A stretch of 64,000 nucleotides of DNA from NCBI GenBank assembly GCA_964532425.1, contig CAZHIA010000001.1, forward strand, positions 44,889 to 108,888, in the 5' to 3' direction. This document shows positions 44,737-54,371 of this stretch, piece after piece. The translations under genes and the position numbers were made by a program. This stretch comes from an uncultured Candidatus Saccharibacteria bacterium (GTDB lineage: Bacteria > Patescibacteriota > Doudnabacteria > UBA920). Below the pieces are notes generated by a model. It searched no databases and was not told the origin of the DNA. It saw only the letters and a program-made list of their open reading frames with translations. Positions within the stretch are counted from its first letter, which is position 1. Each line of letters opens with the position of its first letter.

Positions 44737-45032
44737 AAATTCCAAATTTCAAGCATCAAATCACAAATAAACTCGAAGCGGTCTCAAAACCAGGACACTC
44801 CCTCTCCGGCGTCATACTGAGGGAGTCAGACGACTGAAGTATCTCTTACCGATCATGAGATTCTTCGTCCTTCGTCGAACTCAGGACTCAGAATGACGCC
44901 ACAAGGAGGTTTTGAGACTACTTCCTAATACCTCGTACCTGCGGTAGATCTCCTGGAGGGAGACAATATTCAATGTACAAATCCTTTTTGGACTATTGAA
45001 TTTGAAATTTGGATATTATTTGTGATTTGAGG
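44737..45032 (-). mobile_element. MITE-like element, copy 2 (inverted relative to copy 1)
   Basis: Reverse complement is ~95% identical to 9760-10052. Confidence 0.8.
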
Positions 45033-45311
45033 CTTGTTACTTCTATAAGCGGGCGGATCCAGCCTTCGCGTAAAGCTCCCTCCTTCGCTTAAGCTACGGA
45101 GGACAAGACGGCGGACTCAGTAAATCTCGTCCCTACACTGCATGGAACGCTTGACTGAAGTTAAAAACAGCCTTAGACTAAAGGAACTATGAATAAACTT
45201 CGCGCATCCAACATGCTGGCATCCAGCAATAAGTTCTATTTTGCGGCCTCTGGCAAGAGGCTGGTTTTTGGGTGCCGAAGGCTGCGCGTTCCATAATTCC
45301 TTCGACGTCTG

Positions 45312-45342
45312 TAACCGGCCTGTTGTCAGGCCGGTTTTTTTA
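45312..45342 (+). terminator. rho-independent terminator with no evident upstream gene
   Basis: AACCGGCCTG-ttgt-CAGGCCGGTT followed by TTTTTT. Confidence 0.6.
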
Positions 45343-45464
45343 GTGGAGGTTTAGGTGAATGTTACCATGTAGGGCCGGTCGCGCCTGCCTGCCGGTAGGC
45401 AGGACCGGCCCCTACACAGTTACCCATGGTACAAAACCACCGGACCTTTCTATAGGAGGACTCT

Positions 45465-46385
45465 ATGAACATCGAACGCGAATGGAATATTCCCGCGATC
45501 AACAACCGCCCCATCAGTATTTACGCACTACTCATGGACGGCGAGACCATGCTGCTCGGCTGCGGCCTTTGGGACCGCAAGACCCAGGAGCATTCAATGG
45601 AAATCAAGAATGCCACGCCGGGCATGGTCCTGCGCGTTGGCATGGATGGAAAAATCATCAGCCAGAGCCCGCAGCTCGACAATATAGTCTATCCGCTCAT
45701 TCGCAGCCCGTGGGGCGGTTTGTTTGCCGGCTGCCGGACCGGGGCAGGATATTTTGTCGACGTGGCCCTGCATGCAATTAAAGCCGGTGATTTCGGGGGA
45801 GGCATTTACGGTATTTCTTCCAGCAGGTCCATGAAGGGGATTCTGCTCGGATGCCGCAACGGCCAACTGGTGGCTATTGATGCGGCAGGAAGGCCGATGG
45901 TAGTCACCACAACCTCGGCGAATCGGCTGTGGAATTTGTGTCCCGATCCTTCCAGTGACCACATTGTCTGGGCGTCTTCGTACGAAGGGGTGTTGCGGAA
46001 GATTGACGCCTATCGCAGCCGCATTACTTATGAGCGGCCATTCGGTCCCGGGGCATTGACGCTCATCTGCCGCCTGCAGGGTGATATGCTGGCAGTCGGC
46101 TCGCTGAAGAAGAAAATCCATTTGCTCACGCGATTCGGGCAGCCACAGAAAGAAATTTCCGTGCTGGGCGGTATTTGTTTTATTGCAGACCTGCCCGAGC
46201 TGGAAAACTTCTATGCAACAGACCACGACGGCCGTATCTACCGGTTCGATTATGAAGGTACATTGCTCGACCGGTTCGACGGCGATGTCTCGCGCAATAA
46301 TCCTATTTGGATTGCCCAATCAAGCGGGCCGGGACGCTTGATTGCCGCCTGGGCCAACGGGATCGTGCGGGAACTTTCGCTGTGA
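45465..46385 (+). CDS. beta-propeller repeat protein (PQQ/WD40-like), hypothetical
   Basis: AGGAGG RBS; repetitive beta-strand-rich sequence with D/G-rich turns. Confidence 0.5.
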   Translation: MNIEREWNIPAINNRPISIYALLMDGETMLLGCGLWDRKTQEHSMEIKNATPGMVLRVGMDGKIISQSPQLDNIVYPLIRSPWGGLFAGCRTGAGYFVDVALHAIKAGDFGGGIYGISSSRSMKGILLGCRNGQLVAIDAAGRPMVVTTTSANRLWNLCPDPSSDHIVWASSYEGVLRKIDAYRSRITYERPFGPGALTLICRLQGDMLAVGSLKKKIHLLTRFGQPQKEISVLGGICFIADLPELENFYATDHDGRIYRFDYEGTLLDRFDGDVSRNNPIWIAQSSGPGRLIAAWANGIVRELSL

Positions 46386-46662
46386 ATGTGTTCGTGATGC
46401 TTTGACGGGTACTTGTCTCTAAGACGGTGCCCGTCATTTTTAATCCATTGGAGAGGATTGTAGTGCAGGGCCACGCTAAGCGTGGCAGGGCCTTGCTCTG
46501 CCCAACATTCAACTATGCGGCAGGCCGAGGGCCTGCGCTACATTATTGGCAATCAGCGGACAAGGAACGGTCGCGACCGTTCCCTACAGGCAGACCCCCG
46601 GGCTTGCGCCACAGCCTTACAATAGACATCAAGGCCAGCACTGTATCTTCGTCTTACACAAC

Positions 46663-47067
46663 ATGAACAAAAGCGTATCGCAGGGAATTAAAGTCGTCAC
46701 TGCACTGGCTGAAGATGTCTATCGAACGCTCGGCAGCGGTTTTTCCGAAGTGGTCTATGACAAAGCCATACAAGTCGGCTTGCGGTTGGCCGGCATCCGC
46801 TACGAAACACAGCGGGTAGTTGAGCTCACCTACAAAGGCCACTTTGTCGGTGAAGGGTACCCGGACTTGGTCGTGCACTTTGGCCGGCAGCGATTGGTAG
46901 TTGAGCTTAAAGCTATAGCAGGCGAGTTGGGTCCGCCGGAAGAACAGCAACTGAAAAATTATTTGCGGTATCTAAAAATCCCTCGCGGCCTCCTCATTAA
47001 CTTCCAATATCCGCCGTACCGGAAAGAAGCGAAGACGAAGCTGGAAGTGAGGGAAGTAAGGCTTTAA
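46663..47067 (+). CDS. GxxExxY protein (PD-(D/E)xK nuclease superfamily)
   Basis: LGSGFSEVVYDKAIQVGL...YKGHFVGEGYPDLVV...LVVELKA. Start trimmed to ATG 46663; the track's N-terminus runs through repeats. Confidence 0.75.
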   Translation: MNKSVSQGIKVVTALAEDVYRTLGSGFSEVVYDKAIQVGLRLAGIRYETQRVVELTYKGHFVGEGYPDLVVHFGRQRLVVELKAIAGELGPPEEQQLKNYLRYLKIPRGLLINFQYPPYRKEAKTKLEVREVRL

Positions 47068-47165
47068 GAATTTCAAACTTAAAATTTCAAATCAAATCCT
47101 AATGTCATAATATCAAATCTGACATTGAGTTATTGGACATTGATTTGGAATTTATCATTTGAAAT
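47068..47165. repeat. AT-rich palindromic element with GAATTTCAAA/TTTGAAATTC termini; related copies at 52907-53001 and 39890-39990
   Basis: Perfect 10-bp terminal inverted repeat; AATTTCAAAT-type motifs also terminate the MITE-like element. Confidence 0.65.
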
Positions 47166-47180
47166 TTGAAATTCATATTT

Positions 47181-47570
47181 ATGAAGTCTCGTCTTCTCAC
47201 CGCCATCCTTATCATTCAAGGTTTGTACTACGCCGTGTTTGGTGCATTGGCGATCTTTAACTTGCCGATTTTTTTCCGCATCGTGCGCGATGCTGCCGAT
47301 CCGTACAAAAGCCAGGTCAATGCCGTGCTGTTCTTGGCACTGGGGTTGTGGTACCTCTATGGGGCCTGGCGGCCTGATGCCCGCCGCCTGGCCGGCGCCT
47401 TGGCTGCCCTGGTGGCGCTGATGGTCGCTGCAGTGACTATCTTTTATGCGGTACAGCTGCCATGGACCTTCCGGCTCGATGCGGTAGAAGAGATTGCCGT
47501 CGCGGTGTTACTGATACTCAGTTTATATCAGAAAGAAAAGCCGTTGTTACCGGGCGGTAACAACGGCTGA
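47181..47570 (+). CDS. hypothetical membrane protein
   Basis: Four hydrophobic helices; ATG 47181 (the track calls TTG 47166). Confidence 0.5.
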   Translation: MKSRLLTAILIIQGLYYAVFGALAIFNLPIFFRIVRDAADPYKSQVNAVLFLALGLWYLYGAWRPDARRLAGALAALVALMVAAVTIFYAVQLPWTFRLDAVEEIAVAVLLILSLYQKEKPLLPGGNNG

Positions 47571-47588
47571 ATGTGCGATCTTTCGTTG

Positions 47589-48344
47589 TTATACTGCTTG
47601 AGACAGTGCTTCCTTGCCCTGGCTGGCAGCATCGTTCATCATCGACAAGCAGTCTTTTATGTCGGCCAAAGGGCCTGCCAACTCGGGTCGGTTCAGGCAA
47701 TCCTTTTCAGCTTGGACAACAGCTTTTTCCAGGTGTGCAATGCTGTTGGATAAATGGTCCCATGCCGTGCGTGCGCGGAAAGTCCCTTCGCTCACCTCTC
47801 CTTTTGGCGGGAGGGGCGTGCTTGGGGGCTGGGGGAGAGGGTGTGATTCGGAAGGGAGTACGGCAGGATGTCTGAGCGGCGGTTTGACCGGGCTTGCCGC
47901 GGCTGCGGCAGGCGGGATTGTCACCAGTGGGGCAGGCAGGCCTGCAGCAGGTGCAATTGGCGGACGAACGGCGGATGAGGTCCCATTGGTGTGAGGTGTT
48001 ACTGGGGTCGTTACGATTCGGTCGTTTATCACGACGAGCTGCTTGAGTACTTCGGACGCCTCAGGCTTGTTTTGCGCGTATCGGATCTTCGATCCCTGCT
48101 GACGCTGTTCCAGTAGTTCCGTCAGTTGGGATTCGACCTTGTCGAGGCGGCTTTCAACGATCAGGATGGCACCGATACTGTCCTGGTTTGGAATATGGCG
48201 GCTCGCAAGAATGCGGCGAACCTCGGCCAGGTCCCAAGCCGTCATGATGTGGCGGTGGTGGTGCTCGGCCAGCAGCGGTCCTGGACGGTCGGCGACCAGG
48301 ATGAGCTTTTTACTGCGTTCGACTTCCAGTTGTTCGGTTCCCAT
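47589..48344 (-). CDS. hypothetical protein with a Pro-rich central region
   Basis: AGGAGA RBS; PPIAPAAGLPAPLVTIPPAAAAASPVKPP linker. Confidence 0.5.
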   Translation of the reverse strand: MGTEQLEVERSKKLILVADRPGPLLAEHHHRHIMTAWDLAEVRRILASRHIPNQDSIGAILIVESRLDKVESQLTELLEQRQQGSKIRYAQNKPEASEVLKQLVVINDRIVTTPVTPHTNGTSSAVRPPIAPAAGLPAPLVTIPPAAAAASPVKPPLRHPAVLPSESHPLPQPPSTPLPPKGEVSEGTFRARTAWDHLSNSIAHLEKAVVQAEKDCLNRPELAGPLADIKDCLSMMNDAASQGKEALSQAV

Positions 48345-48539
48345 GGCTTATCTCCTTATAGAGGTGATGAACCGAGGAGAAGATCCCTTCCTGTCCGCCC
48401 CAAAGGGACGGGTACACGAAAGATCATTTCCGCCTCCTTTGGCTTATCTGTAAGCATCAAACCAGATAATTCGGGACTGGTCAAGCATAAAAAAGCACCC
48501 GGTGAGCTTCGCGGAGAAGCGGCGGGTGCAGGAAGGTCC

Positions 48540-49163
48540 TCATGCCAGTGATGTGTTGATAACATCGAATGAGAACCGTTCCGGAGGCAGTGACGATACC
48601 GGGTCGGGCGCCGTATGAGCCCATCGGTTGAACGCGGAAGCGGCTATTTCCCCATTGAGGTACTGGAGGAAGTCGCTCGTGAAGTAATGGATGGGCGGCA
48701 AATGACGGAACGACAGCCGGGCGCCCACTGCGCTGTGCAACGGTACATTGGTCTGGATCCCTTTGTCGATGAGTAGGTCGACAAAACTTTTGCGGCTGGC
48801 GTGCGGCCAGATGTCTGCACGCAGGAGGCTGCGTAGCGGCGCGCGCATTTCGAAGGTCTCTTCGCATTGGCGGATCCAATCCATGATCCCGTCGCCCCAT
48901 TGCCACAGGCACTTGAATTCCAGGTATCGGTCAACCTGGGCCAGGGCCAGGCCCATGCGTCGGCGCTCCAGCATCACATCCAACTCCGGGTCATCAACGG
49001 GTACAAGCGGTATCAATTCCTCCTGGTCGATGTTCTCTTTTGACATCTCGATGATCTTATCGCTTTTTGCTTTGGCAGACATTCGAACGAGCAACGGCGG
49101 CAATTCGTACGGATGGTCTGCGGGCGGCAGTTCTACATACCGTCTGTCTCCTACGATATCCAT
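48540..49163 (-). CDS. hypothetical protein (207 aa)
   Basis: ORF; a minus-strand terminator-like hairpin lies at 48487-48530 downstream. Confidence 0.45.
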   Translation of the reverse strand: MDIVGDRRYVELPPADHPYELPPLLVRMSAKAKSDKIIEMSKENIDQEELIPLVPVDDPELDVMLERRRMGLALAQVDRYLEFKCLWQWGDGIMDWIRQCEETFEMRAPLRSLLRADIWPHASRKSFVDLLIDKGIQTNVPLHSAVGARLSFRHLPPIHYFTSDFLQYLNGEIAASAFNRWAHTAPDPVSSLPPERFSFDVINTSLA

Positions 49164-49356
49164 TTCTGTGTACCTCTTTCAAACGGAGTAATACAACAAT
49201 AATAAACACTTTCGTGTGAAATTGGCAAGCCCCGCCCTTTGCCAGCAAAGGGCGGGGCAAGTCCAAGTATACTCTTGATGGCTCTCGTCAGGGAGCCAAG
49301 GGAAGATTTCCTTTCAGAAAATGTGAAGCTTTGGTATGATGAAAGAAAGGAGCTTT

Positions 49357-49818
49357 ATGGCACATAATCACGATTCAGGCTATTTGTTCGGGGAAATGGA
49401 CCCTTCAAGGCGCTTTTCGGCTAGTCCCAATAGCCCGGATGGGCCTTCCCGCCCATCCCGCCGCGAGAGCAGGATAAACGATGAGAATGAGGGCGATGTT
49501 TGGCATATTCGCGTGGATGAGGAGGCTGTTTCCAGACGGCAAAGAGTGAGAGTTAAAACAGAACGCGCAGATGCCGACCCGTTTGACCGGGTATGTGCGG
49601 AAGTGGAAGCGGAAATGAATCGCAAGCTCAAGGCTGCCGAGCGCAATGACATCCAGTTTGCCGTGCTGCAAGCAGAACGGATCGAAAAGAATCACGCTGA
49701 TGCCAAGATGGTGGATTTTTACAAACGGGATACGGAAAAATTTCTTCGGACCATTGCCGGCCATCGTCCAGGGGTCCAAAAGAAGATACGGGAGATTTTG
49801 GAACCGTATCTCAAATAA
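49357..49818 (+). CDS. hypothetical protein
   Basis: AAGGAG RBS before ATG 49357. Confidence 0.5.
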   Translation: MAHNHDSGYLFGEMDPSRRFSASPNSPDGPSRPSRRESRINDENEGDVWHIRVDEEAVSRRQRVRVKTERADADPFDRVCAEVEAEMNRKLKAAERNDIQFAVLQAERIEKNHADAKMVDFYKRDTEKFLRTIAGHRPGVQKKIREILEPYLK

Positions 49819-49829
49819 ATTTGAAATGC

Positions 49830-49971
49830 TGTCATTGCGAGCTTCGGGGCTTTGACCGAAGCGCGGCAATCTTTCCATTTAAAGAGATCCCTCGGATGCA
49901 CTCGGGATGACGCCAAAGGCATCAGATTGCTTCGTAAGCAAGCCCAAGCCCTTGCTTCCTCGCAATGACAT
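49830..49971. repeat. nested hairpin repeat (family B): GTCATTGCGAG ... GCAATCT..AGATTGC ... CTCGCAATGAC. Other copies at 53660-53756, 55538-55627 and 56469-56631.
   Basis: Four copies with conserved outer and inner stems and variable loops. Confidence 0.8.
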
Positions 49972-50021
49972 ACTAAGAAGCCTATTATTAGCATGGCCTG
50001 ATTTGCCGAAACGTCTTTTAT

Positions 50022-50555
50022 ATGAAAGTCAATCATACTGAAATCCAAATCATCCAAGACGACATTACCCGGCTTGCGGTCGACTGCATCGTCAATGCCG
50101 CGAACAAAAAATTGTCAGGCGGGGGAGGGGTGGACGGCGCCATCCACCGCGCGGCGGGGGATGAGCTGACCAAGGCCTGTTTGCGTTTGGGCGGGTGCAA
50201 TACCGGGGAGGCCAAGATTACGCTCGGCTACAATTTGCCGGCCAAGTTCGTTATCCATACGGTTGGGCCGGTCTATGGGGCTATGGACGGCATGGAAGCG
50301 TCCTATTTGGAAGACTGCTATAAAAATTCCCTGGCCTTGGCCGATGTGAAGCATATCAAGACCATTGCTTTTCCTTCTATTTCCACCGGCGCATACGGAT
50401 TTCCCATCGAGGAAGCGGCACCCATCGCACTCGAGAGTGTGCGGGAATATATAGAGGAGCATCCGGACACAGGACTTAAGCAAATTATCTTTGTCTGCTT
50501 TGACAGCACGGATGCGGGGGTATATAGAAGGACGGCGGGAGAAATGGGGATGTAG
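50022..50555 (+). CDS. macro-domain protein (ADP-ribose binding / O-acetyl-ADP-ribose deacetylase family)
   Basis: IQDDITRLAVDCIVNAANKKLSGGGGVDGAIHRAAG. Confidence 0.85.
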   Translation: MKVNHTEIQIIQDDITRLAVDCIVNAANKKLSGGGGVDGAIHRAAGDELTKACLRLGGCNTGEAKITLGYNLPAKFVIHTVGPVYGAMDGMEASYLEDCYKNSLALADVKHIKTIAFPSISTGAYGFPIEEAAPIALESVREYIEEHPDTGLKQIIFVCFDSTDAGVYRRTAGEMGM

Positions 50556-50584
50556 AGACAGGTCGTGACCTGTCCGTATAGGGG

Positions 50585-51118
50585 ATGAATATGTTTCAAA
50601 GAAAAGTCCATCGTTTGCAAGAATACGACTATTCCCAGCCAGGGTATTATTTTGTTACCCAGTGCGTACAAGATCGGAGATGTTGTTTGGGAGCGATGGC
50701 AGGAGGGGAGGTAATGTTGAATGAATACGGGAAGATCGTGCAGCGACAATGGCAATGGTTGGCCGAACATTTTCCAAATGTACAATTAGATGAATTTCAG
50801 ATCATGCCCAACCACGTGCATGGGATTGTGATCATAACCCCGGCGGGAAACGGCCAGGGTGGTGTGTTTGTAGGGGACGGTCGCGACCGTCCCGTACAGA
50901 AACCGCTTCCCGATTTAATCGGCGCATTTAAAACTACATCGTCAAAACTAATCCATCGTGCAGGTTTTACCGATTTCTCTTGGCACCGGTCCTTCTACGA
51001 CCACATCATCCGTAAAGACGAATCGTTAGACAAAATCAGGGAATACATTCGTACCAATCCCAAGCAGTGGGAATTGGATGAGGAGAATCCAAAAAAATTT
51101 AATAATGTTATTTCGTAG
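50585..51118 (+). CDS. REP-associated tyrosine transposase (RAYT; IS200/IS605 TnpA-like HuH Y1 transposase)
   Basis: HuH motif MPNHVHGIV. Catalytic-Tyr region SWHRSFYDHIIR. A 30-bp REP (GTAGGGGACGGTCGCGACCGTCCCGTACAG) lies in frame at 50870-50899 and another copy overlaps the stop codon (51115-51144). Confidence 0.8.
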   Translation: MNMFQRKVHRLQEYDYSQPGYYFVTQCVQDRRCCLGAMAGGEVMLNEYGKIVQRQWQWLAEHFPNVQLDEFQIMPNHVHGIVIITPAGNGQGGVFVGDGRDRPVQKPLPDLIGAFKTTSSKLIHRAGFTDFSWHRSFYDHIIRKDESLDKIREYIRTNPKQWELDEENPKKFNNVIS

Positions 51119-51160
51119 GGGCGGGTCGCGACCCGCCCGTACAGAAAAAGACGACAAAAT

Positions 51161-52906
51161 ATGAAACTAAAAATATTTATCTTGGCTACTGCTGCCATCT
51201 TCGTCCTCCCGTTTGCGGCCAAGGCGGAAAAGATCACGGACTTCCAGAGTGATATCTCCATCAAGGCAGATGCTTCCATCTCGGTCCGCGAAACCATCCA
51301 GTATGATTTCGAGGGTGCGAGCCGGCACGGCATTTTTCGCAACATCCCCGTATCCTACAAGGCCCGGGGCGGCAATTTTAACCTGCGCCTGGCCAACGTC
51401 CGTGTGACCGATGACGGCGGTGCATCGATACCTTTTACCAGCTCCAAGAGCGGAGCCAATATGCAGATCAAGATCGGCGATGCCAACACGCTGGTGAGTG
51501 GAGTAAAGACATACGTGATCTCGTATGATGTCAGCCGGGCTATTAATTTTTTTAAGGATCATGATGAGCTGTACTGGAATGCCACAGGCAACAACTGGAC
51601 CGTCCCAATAGAAAAATCACTGGCAACGGTCACGCTGCCGAAATCAACTGCTCGAAACGGCCTGCAATTCGACTGCTTTGCGGGGCCGTATGGTTCATCC
51701 GCCAAATGCCCGGTCATTATGGAGAGCGGCGCGTCTGAGGTTGATCGCGTGCTCTTTGGCCAGCCGGCGGAGCTTGCTTCGGGCGGCGGATTAACGGTTG
51801 TGGTCGGCTTCCCGAAAGGGCTGGTGAGCCAGCCGACGTTCTGGCAAAATCTTGTAGAAATCATTCGTGACAATGGGGTGCTGGCCGTGCCGCTACTGGT
51901 GTTGGTACTGATGTATTACCTGTGGCATACGCGCGGCCGGGACCCGAAAGGTTTCGAGACTATTGTACCGCAGTACGAAGCGCCGGAAGGGTTAACTCCG
52001 ACCGAGGTTGGGACTATTGTGGATGGGTCTGCAAGCAACCAGGATATAACGGCTGATATTATTTATCTGGCATCGCGCGGGTTCATCAAGATTACCCGGC
52101 TCGACAAGAAGATTTTGTTTTTCAACAATACCGATTACCAGCTCGACCTGGTCAAGAATCCTACCGGCCAGCTGGCTCCGTTCGAGGAGCGCATGCTCCT
52201 TGGCCTGTTCGGTATTATTGCGCCGATCGATGGCAAGGGGAGTATTCAAATTTCCGAATTGAAAGGAAAGTTCTATAAGGACCTGGCAGAAATTAAGAAC
52301 CAGGTGTACAAGTCCACGGTAGACAAAGGATATTTTGTGAGGAACCCGAAGAACGTACGCGCGGCGTACATGGCCGCAGCCTTCTTCGTCCTGGCGCTAG
52401 GGATATTTTTGGGGGCCAAGATGGGGTCGCTCTATGCGATCATAGCATTTGTGCTTTCGGCTATCATCATTTTCATTTTCAGTTTCGTGATGCCTGCCAG
52501 GACAGGCAAGGGTGCTCAGGCCCGGCAGTATATTTTAGGCCTCAAGCGCTATTTGTCTGTGGCCGAAGCTGACCGCTTGAAGTTCTTTAATGCGCCGGAC
52601 AAGACGCCGGAACGATTTGAAAAATTATTGCCCTATGCCATGGTTCTCGGCGTGGAAAATGAATGGGCCAAGCAATTTGAAGGCATGTATGTTCAGCCGC
52701 CTTCATGGTATTCAGACCCGAGCGGGCATGCATTCAATTCTGTCCTGTTGGCAAGCAGCTTGCATGGTTTTAGTAGTGCGGCCAATACCACCTTCGCGTC
52801 CCAGCCGTCCAGCCATGGCAGCGGAGCCTGGGGTGGGGGCAGCGGCTTAGGAGGAGGCGGTTTTTCTGGCGGCGGTTTTGGCGGGGGAGGAGGAGGGAGC
52901 TGGTAG
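51161..52906 (+). CDS. DUF2207 family membrane protein with a Gly-rich C-terminal tail
   Basis: Signal peptide, central TM helices, C-terminal GGGSGLGGGGFSGGGFGGGGGGSW. Confidence 0.7.
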   Translation: MKLKIFILATAAIFVLPFAAKAEKITDFQSDISIKADASISVRETIQYDFEGASRHGIFRNIPVSYKARGGNFNLRLANVRVTDDGGASIPFTSSKSGANMQIKIGDANTLVSGVKTYVISYDVSRAINFFKDHDELYWNATGNNWTVPIEKSLATVTLPKSTARNGLQFDCFAGPYGSSAKCPVIMESGASEVDRVLFGQPAELASGGGLTVVVGFPKGLVSQPTFWQNLVEIIRDNGVLAVPLLVLVLMYYLWHTRGRDPKGFETIVPQYEAPEGLTPTEVGTIVDGSASNQDITADIIYLASRGFIKITRLDKKILFFNNTDYQLDLVKNPTGQLAPFEERMLLGLFGIIAPIDGKGSIQISELKGKFYKDLAEIKNQVYKSTVDKGYFVRNPKNVRAAYMAAAFFVLALGIFLGAKMGSLYAIIAFVLSAIIIFIFSFVMPARTGKGAQARQYILGLKRYLSVAEADRLKFFNAPDKTPERFEKLLPYAMVLGVENEWAKQFEGMYVQPPSWYSDPSGHAFNSVLLASSLHGFSSAANTTFASQPSSHGSGAWGGGSGLGGGGFSGGGFGGGGGGSW

Positions 52907-53001
52907 GAATTTCAAATTTCAAATTACAAATTTCAAATTGATTTCAGTAAGAATTTGTTATTTGTAATTGATTTGAAATTTGACATTAGGAATTTGAAAT
53001 T

Positions 53002-53655
53002 ATGGATTATCGACTGTTCCGTTCCCGTCGCCGTACTGTCTCACTCTGTATCTCTGAAGGTCAATTGGTCGTCAGGGCGCCTCTGCGATTGCCGGCTCCT
53101 GAGATCGAACGATTTATAGCCCTAAAGCAAAAGTGGATACAGAAGCATCTCCAGCACTCAAAAGCCAAAGCCCCTGCCCATGCATATAACGCAGGTGAAT
53201 TATTTTGGTATCTCGGCAAGCAATACCCGCTCTTAATAACGGATCATTTCCGCAGTAGCGTGGAATTCGACGGCGCATCATTTCATCTTTCGCGGCACAA
53301 GGCCATGCACGGCAAGAGCGTGTTCGAAAAGTGGTACCGGCAGCAGGCAGAAAAGTTGCTGGCAGAACGCACCAGGTATTATGCGGGATTGATGGAGTTA
53401 TCATATAAACGCATTACCATCAAAGATGCAAATTCGCGCTGGGGCTCGTGTTCCAGTCTCGGCAACATCAACTATTCCCTGCGCCTGGTAATGGCCCCAC
53501 TTGAGGTGATTGATTACGTGGTAGTCCACGAACTCTCGCACCTCAAACATCAGAACCATTCATCACGTTTTTGGGAGTTAGTCGGCCGGTTTTGTCCCGC
53601 GTACCGAAGTTTCAGGATGTGGCTCAAAAAGAACGGGCAGAAATTAACATACTAA
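53002..53655 (+). CDS. YgjP-like (DUF45) metal-dependent hydrolase
   Basis: WGSCSSLGNINYSLRL...YVVVHELSHLKHQNHSSRFWELV. Confidence 0.8.
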   Translation: MDYRLFRSRRRTVSLCISEGQLVVRAPLRLPAPEIERFIALKQKWIQKHLQHSKAKAPAHAYNAGELFWYLGKQYPLLITDHFRSSVEFDGASFHLSRHKAMHGKSVFEKWYRQQAEKLLAERTRYYAGLMELSYKRITIKDANSRWGSCSSLGNINYSLRLVMAPLEVIDYVVVHELSHLKHQNHSSRFWELVGRFCPAYRSFRMWLKKNGQKLTY

Positions 53656-53785
53656 CAGGTGTCATTGCGAGCCCGAGTGCAGCCGAGGGCGTGGCAATCT
53701 TACAAGATGAGATTGCTTCGTCAGCAAGATAAGGCCCTTGCTTCCTCGCAATGACAGCGCCATAAATAATTTTGTCAATTGTACT

Positions 53786-54244
53786 ATGCTCGTTATTACT
53801 CCTCCTCATCAATATTTTAAAACTGGTCAATCATCGGTAATCTTTTTAGCCGGCAGCATAGAAATGGATAAGGCTGAACCGTGGCAGGATCGGGTCATTG
53901 ACCAGCTCAAAGAGCTGGATGTAACTGTTTTAAATCCCCGCCGAGAACACTGGGACACCAGCTTGCGCCAAGCGGTGGACGAGCCTAAATTCAGAGAACA
54001 GGTGGAATGGGAGCTTGAGGGGCTCGAACAGGCGGATGTTATTGCCATGTACCTGGACCCAGCAACCAAGTCGCCCATTTCTCTATTGGAGCTTGGTCTC
54101 CACGCCCGCAGCGGCAAACTCATTGTCTGCTGCCCGAACGGTTTCTGGCGGCAGGGGAATGTGGCAGTAACCTGCCAAAAGTACGGTGTGCCATATTTTA
54201 CCAACGAACAAGACTGGTTGGCAGAAATTCGGAAAAGATTATAA
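53786..54244 (+). CDS. nucleoside 2-deoxyribosyltransferase-like domain protein
   Basis: Rossmann-like VIFLAGSIEMD...VLNP...SLLELG...KLIVCCPNGF pattern; start trimmed to ATG 53786. Confidence 0.5.
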   Translation: MLVITPPHQYFKTGQSSVIFLAGSIEMDKAEPWQDRVIDQLKELDVTVLNPRREHWDTSLRQAVDEPKFREQVEWELEGLEQADVIAMYLDPATKSPISLLELGLHARSGKLIVCCPNGFWRQGNVAVTCQKYGVPYFTNEQDWLAEIRKRL

Positions 54245-54253
54245 AGATCACCA

Positions 54254-54316
54254 TACAAAGAGAGTCTTTTGCTCCGTTAATCGGCGGAATGCAAAAGACT
54301 CTCTTTGTATTTTAAT
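54254..54316 (+). terminator. rho-independent terminator with a long stem
   Basis: ATACAAAGAGAGTCTTTTGC...GCAAAAGACTCTCTTTGTAT (20-bp perfect stem) followed by TTTAAT. Confidence 0.65.
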
Positions 54317-54371
54317 GGTTGACCGTATTGCCTTTTTCCATTAAAATAGTGAGAATATATACGGAGGAATT

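Noticed and set aside
45359-45781. 140-aa ORF overlapping the family F hairpin and the start of the beta-propeller gene
   Set aside because: It runs through the palindromic repeat in a different frame from the RBS-supported gene at 45465.
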